A stretch of 56,859 nucleotides of DNA, filler included, from Sphacelaria rigidula (lineage: Eukaryota), in the NCBI GenBank assembly GCA_964200075.2. It is 4 parts of 4 records of this genome, joined end to end, with 100 filler letters (N's around TTAATTAATTAA, not from the genome) between each part and the next. Parts side by side here need not be neighbours in the genome. Positions count along the whole stretch, not along the records: positions 42,722 to 56,859 come from CAXNAA020002435.1; 3 more parts are not named here. The stretch is one strand, 5' to 3'. Made by a program: the position numbers and the translations under genes. Positions 52,882 to 56,859 of this stretch are shown piece by piece. How positions within the stretch are numbered: the first letter of the stretch is position 1; the number at the start of each line of letters is the position of its first letter. The notes under the pieces are model-generated. The model had not been told where the DNA came from and ran no database searches. It saw only the letters and a program-made list of their open reading frames with translations.

Positions 52882-53451
52882 TCAAACTCCGGTAACCGCG
52901 TTTGGGTCTCTGTAGTAAATGGTTGGTCGATTAGGACGAGAAATCAACCGGATTCCATAGAATCTGTCAATTAGGGCGTCGTATATCCTCCTCAGCTCAA
53001 GGAAGTCGAATTCCAACGGGCATTCGATGTGGCATGCCTTGACTAAAAAGTTAAAGATCCTAACATCAATAAACAAAAGCAAGTCGTTGTGGAGGTACAA
53101 CTGTGGTAGGCTCCTAAACAAATCACGGATACTGGGATACTCTCGGTCATCGGTGAACCCGTACGTCTTGAGTGTATCCGCCATCCTTGCTCGCTCCTCT
53201 GATTGCTGTCCGGGAATCATGATGTCCAGACAAATGGAAGCTCGGGCTCCCCAATCGCTGTAAGGCATTGCGCGTCCTTGGACTTGTAGTTGTTGGTTGT
53301 TTAGGCGTGCCCGTGCGTTGGGCGTCACCCCGTGTCTTGATCTCTGGCGGTGCGCGGTGCGCGGTGCACGACCATTAGTCGCAGAGTTTTGTGCGGATTG
53401 TCCGCGCGTGGTTTTTGTTCCGTTGTTGTTGGTGTTGACTCGGTAGCTCAT
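52882..53451 (-). CDS. Additional 3' ORF of the copia element, 189 aa, unknown function
   Basis: Intact ATG-to-stop frame, sense to pol, lying between RNase H and the PPT. Minus-strand AATAAA at ~52754-52759. Confidence 0.7.
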   Translation of the reverse strand: MSYRVNTNNNGTKTTRGQSAQNSATNGRAPRTAHRQRSRHGVTPNARARLNNQQLQVQGRAMPYSDWGARASICLDIMIPGQQSEERARMADTLKTYGFTDDREYPSIRDLFRSLPQLYLHNDLLLFIDVRIFNFLVKACHIECPLEFDFLELRRIYDALIDRFYGIRLISRPNRPTIYYRDPNAVTGV

Positions 53452-53492
53452 GGTGTTGGTGAGTGGGTAGAAGATGCTGAAGGTTGGATTAA

Positions 53493-53591
53493 CCCTTGGA
53501 CAGCGAGAGTAGTCTTCTGTTGAATCGGCATCAATTTCAAGTGAAACAAAGTATGCATGACCCAGATAAGACTACCCTCGCGGTCTGAGGG
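53493..53591. mobile_element. 99-bp piggyBac-like MITE
   Basis: TTAA on both sides (53489-92, 53592-95); 24-bp TIR CCCTyrGACmGCGAGrGTAGTCTT. Confidence 0.8.
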
Positions 53592-53693
53592 TTAAAAAAT
53601 GTAGAGGGTTGATAGGTGTTATGATGCTGTGCCCCTGGGATGTTCGAGATGTCGCTTGGGTGATGACACTCGAACAAAATCAGAACGTCGAAA

Positions 53694-53847
53694 GTGAGCG
53701 TTGGAGATGATGGTAGTGGTTGAGCGTTGACGATGATGATCGAAGTTGAACGTTGACGATGATGATCGAGGTTGAGCGTTGACGATGATGATCGAAGTTG
53801 AGCGTTGACAATGATGATCGAAGTTGAGCGTTGACGATGATGCTGAA
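53694..53847. repeat. 26-bp tandem array (5 copies plus 1 degenerate)
   Basis: Unit GTTGAGCGTTGACGATGATGATCGAA. Confidence 0.92.
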
Positions 53848-54794
53848 GAAAAATATCCTCCCAGATCACTATCCGTTACCTCCCAAATTCGGTTATGGCC
53901 TTCAGGAGTCTCTCTGATGTTCGATTCTATTCCAGCTTTTAGTGAGAAGATCCGCAAATTGTTCCGAAGATCGTACATAGTTTATCCTTCGTTGTCCGGC
54001 TCGAATCATATATTTTAAATTAAAGAATCGCATCGCAGTTGTTTCGAGCTGATGCTGAAGTTGGCGTTTGAAGACAGATGAAGTGCGCCTTGTGAATCCG
54101 AGTAGATAGTCGCGGGCTCAATAGATGACCATCCAAGCTCTCGTATTAGATTGAAGAGATACGTTCCGAATTTGCCGCATTTCGAAAGGGCAATTAACTC
54201 GGCATATGTCGTTGAAGTGGCTGTTATACGTTGTAAGCTCGGAGTGAAATGAACTAGCCCGTTAGATAGAAAAAATAACGTCCCCATTGTTGATCGCATT
54301 TCCCCCTGAAGTCCGACATTACCATAGCTTGTGGTTCTCCTGTCGTTGGGTCGAACGTCTCGAAACCAGGCGGTTGTCTCCGGAATACTGTTACATCTAG
54401 CTTGCCGTTCAAGAAAGCAGTGTGTACGTCGGGGGCTAAAATAGGCCAATTTGTTTTTCGCAGTAGGAATTGCCAGTAACAATCGCTGACTTTCCAACCT
54501 GTAAAATGGAGCGACCTGTTCAACTCCGACAGTGCCTTTGTACTGACATACCATTTCCCGTGTTTCTGCAGCATGTTGACCCGCAGAACACATGAAAGCT
54601 AGTCGCTTTAGCTCACTGGCTTGCCATTTGTTGACGGGTCCAGGAGGATGATGATTGGGACCACCGGCTGAACGCAACCTGAGTCATCCTACGATAGGGG
54701 GGGGGGGTATTTGGTTGCACGAAAAAAGAGGCTTATAAGTGTGTCAGACATCCTTCCACACTTGCGTTGCGCTTGTATTTGGTTCCAAACGGTG

Positions 54795-55430
54795 TCAGGC
54801 AGTATGGATGACATTTCTAGAGCTGGATATTTTCCGCGAGTAGCAGTTGTAAATGCGGTATGATGGACGATCGGAATCATACCCTACTAGCCCTCCTTCC
54901 CAAGCCTTTTCTTCTAACTTACTGTGATGACGCTCCCTGTGCACAAACGCCCTCGAGCCGATTGTCCGCAAGGATGATAGCTTCGGTTGCTTGAGAAAAT
55001 TAAAAAAATATGGTGTATCGCCGCCGATGCTCGTGTGCGGTAGGCGATTGATCAAAAAGACCGCAGTTGCAACAATTTCTCCCCAAAGAAATTTCGGCAA
55101 ATTCGATTCATTCAGGAGACAACGAGTAACGTTCAAGATGCTCCGCCCGTCTCTTTCACTGATGCCATTCTGCTGTGGAGTATATGGATTGGTGAACTCT
55201 TGGCGGATGCCCGTAGTCTTGCAGTACTTCTTAAAATAGTCCGCGACGTCCTCACCCCCACGGTCTGACTGCAGACGGTATACACGGAATCCTAACAGAA
55301 TAGCCAAATCTTGGATGAACCTGCAGAGCGTAGTTAGGGTCTCATCCTTCGTTTTGATGAAGTAGACTACCTTGAAACGCGAGAAGTGATCCGTAAATTT
55401 TGCCATGTAGTGGTGGCCGCCCTGCGCCAT
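54795..55430 (-). pseudogene. Copia integrase core
   Basis: FTDHFSRF, LQSDRGGE, PYTPQQNGISER, WGEIVATAVFLINRLP and SKLEEKAWEG. Confidence 0.9.
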
Positions 55431-56094
55431 GGGCGTATTCGGCCCTGTTAGTGCTGACCAATTGCAGTCGTTCCGAAATGTTCGTGGAGTCTACGGTCTT
55501 TGGGTGGTCCTGCTGTACACTTTTATTAAGCTTGCACGTTACACAAGGTGACAGTGACCCCTTAAAGTTCACACCTGATTCCGAAATGTTCAGTAGTTGG
55601 CGCATGACCTGCTCCGTGGGGTGTCCAAGTCGGTTCTGCTCCCGCTGTGGCAGACATGGCTGCTGAATTTCCCGGCATGTCGTGGCGAATGACTTCTGCA
55701 ACAATGGCTGACCCTATGCCCATAGATTCTCCAGACATGATTGCAGTTGTAAATGTTGAGCTGTTATTGATAAATATTACCCGCTTTCCGAGAAACTCTC
55801 ACGCTGATGTACTGTAACGCTCCGTTGCTGTCACTGTTAATTGGCACTGATTCTCTGTTTTGAAGAATTCTGATACTTGGAAATCAAAGCCTCCCATGCA
55901 CGTTTGCCGTTTGGTCTCTCTGAACCTTTCGGTTGGAAACGCAACAAATAACACGCTGCAGGACCAGTTGTAGACAGATACAAGACGTGGAATAATTGTT
56001 GATTGCATCGGTCCCAACTTTCTATCTCACGCGTGTTAGAAACCCGCCTCACATGTGACACCACGCTTGGAGAACGAAATTCTAGTGCAAAATG

Positions 56095-56454
56095 TTAGTC
56101 TTCTTCGGTAGCTCCAGTCCCATCCACCGCTGCAATCGTCTCGTCCCCCGCGGTTGCCTCCACCGATGAGAAGTGCGGTCGAACGGACGACTGCTGGCGG
56201 GTGGTTTGAGAACGAGTTCTAGCAGGGGTAGGTCTTGTGGCAGCTGGTTGTGGAAGATCTACCTCAGAAAATTCTTCTTCTAATTCCGTGGGGCGTTCGA
56301 CCCCGTTAAGGATATCCGCAATCGCCGGATGAGTTAAAGAAATGATAGCGCGCGTGGAGCGCATCCGCTCGACGAACTTTGTACCGTCGAACTTGTTGAT
56401 GCTCTTGATGAGCTGAGTTACAGATGATTCTCCCGACATATTCATCTGCCTCAC
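56095..56454 (-). pseudogene. Copia gag N-terminal fragment
   Basis: INKFDGTKF motif downstream of the PBS; continues out of frame (GKRAWEALISKY). Confidence 0.7.
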
Positions 56455-56859
56455 GTTTCTAATAAAACTAGTCTCTTCACACCAGCAGATCTTTCGGAAA
56501 GATCAGGGTTCTTGGACTCTTGATTGTCGCTGCTGTAGCGACCTTGATATGACACCTCCTCGCTCGTGCTAACCGATGTAGTCTTGACGGAAGGGCTGAT
56601 GACCTGAAGACCTAGGTGGTCGCGAACCAAAGGCACCTGCTGGCTTGTGTGGTCCCGAACCTAGGCCGATAGCCTGTTGATCTATGTGGTCGCGAATCGA
56701 AGGCTCAAAACCTGTTGAAAATTATTTGCTGGTACGGCAGCACTGTCTCACTGGACAGTTAACCCTTCTGGGACCGTACCCCCACTAACACAGGGTTGAC
56801 CATGTGTTAGTGGAATAATAACAAATACGTCTTCGACCGACCTACCCAATCACAGCGAG

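Larger units (their letters stand above)
52375..56760 (-). mobile_element. Decayed Ty1/copia LTR retrotransposon with an extra 3' ORF
   Basis: LTR copies start at 52375 and 56713 on the plus strand. PBS-like GGTTTTGAGCC (56712-56702) and PPT ~52540-52527. Order gag, HHCC (RLGHP...CVTC), integrase (TPQQNGISER), RT (DVHTAFLNG), RNase H (AELIAL, YSDSQGA, QFADLLTK). Frameshifts and large deletions. Confidence 0.92.

Noticed and set aside
53537-53978. ORFs with HHRQRSTS repeats
   Set aside because: Artefacts of the 26-bp array cycling through reading frames.
1-56859. A multi-gene system or cluster spanning the whole window
   Set aside because: The window is four unrelated, length-sorted contigs joined by synthetic linkers, so adjacency across linkers is meaningless.

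Overview
Eukaryotic nuclear DNA, most likely from a brown alga (Phaeophyceae). The evidence is an EsV-1-7 repeat protein, spliceosomal introns, a signal-peptide+Phe bipartite plastid leader and the repeat landscape. The window is not one locus. It is four size-sorted contigs (1-14141, 14242-28382, 28483-42621, 42722-56859; 14141/14141/14139/14138 bp) joined by artificial 100-bp N44-TTAATTAATTAA-N44 linkers. Host genes are a six-exon RAD23 (last exon not found) head-to-head with plastid HCF101 (exon 1 only), a UPF1/IGHMBP2-like SF1 helicase with an RGG tail, and an intronless EsV-1-7 repeat protein. Most other sequence is mobile DNA: a decayed DIRS/Ngaro-type retroelement, two LINE remnants, a solo-LTR-like insert, tRNA-derived SINEs, MITE and foldback elements, and a decayed Ty1/copia element. 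The most interesting observation is that this copia element carries an intact, unrecognised 189-aa extra ORF with an Arg-rich N-terminal arm in the env position, preceded by a 26-bp tandem array. Also notable are a TG...CA foldback element with a 5-bp TSD, a TIR element built from palindromic 41-bp repeats, and a G:U-biased hairpin that could be a miRNA precursor. All family assignments come from motif recognition by eye, with no database searches.
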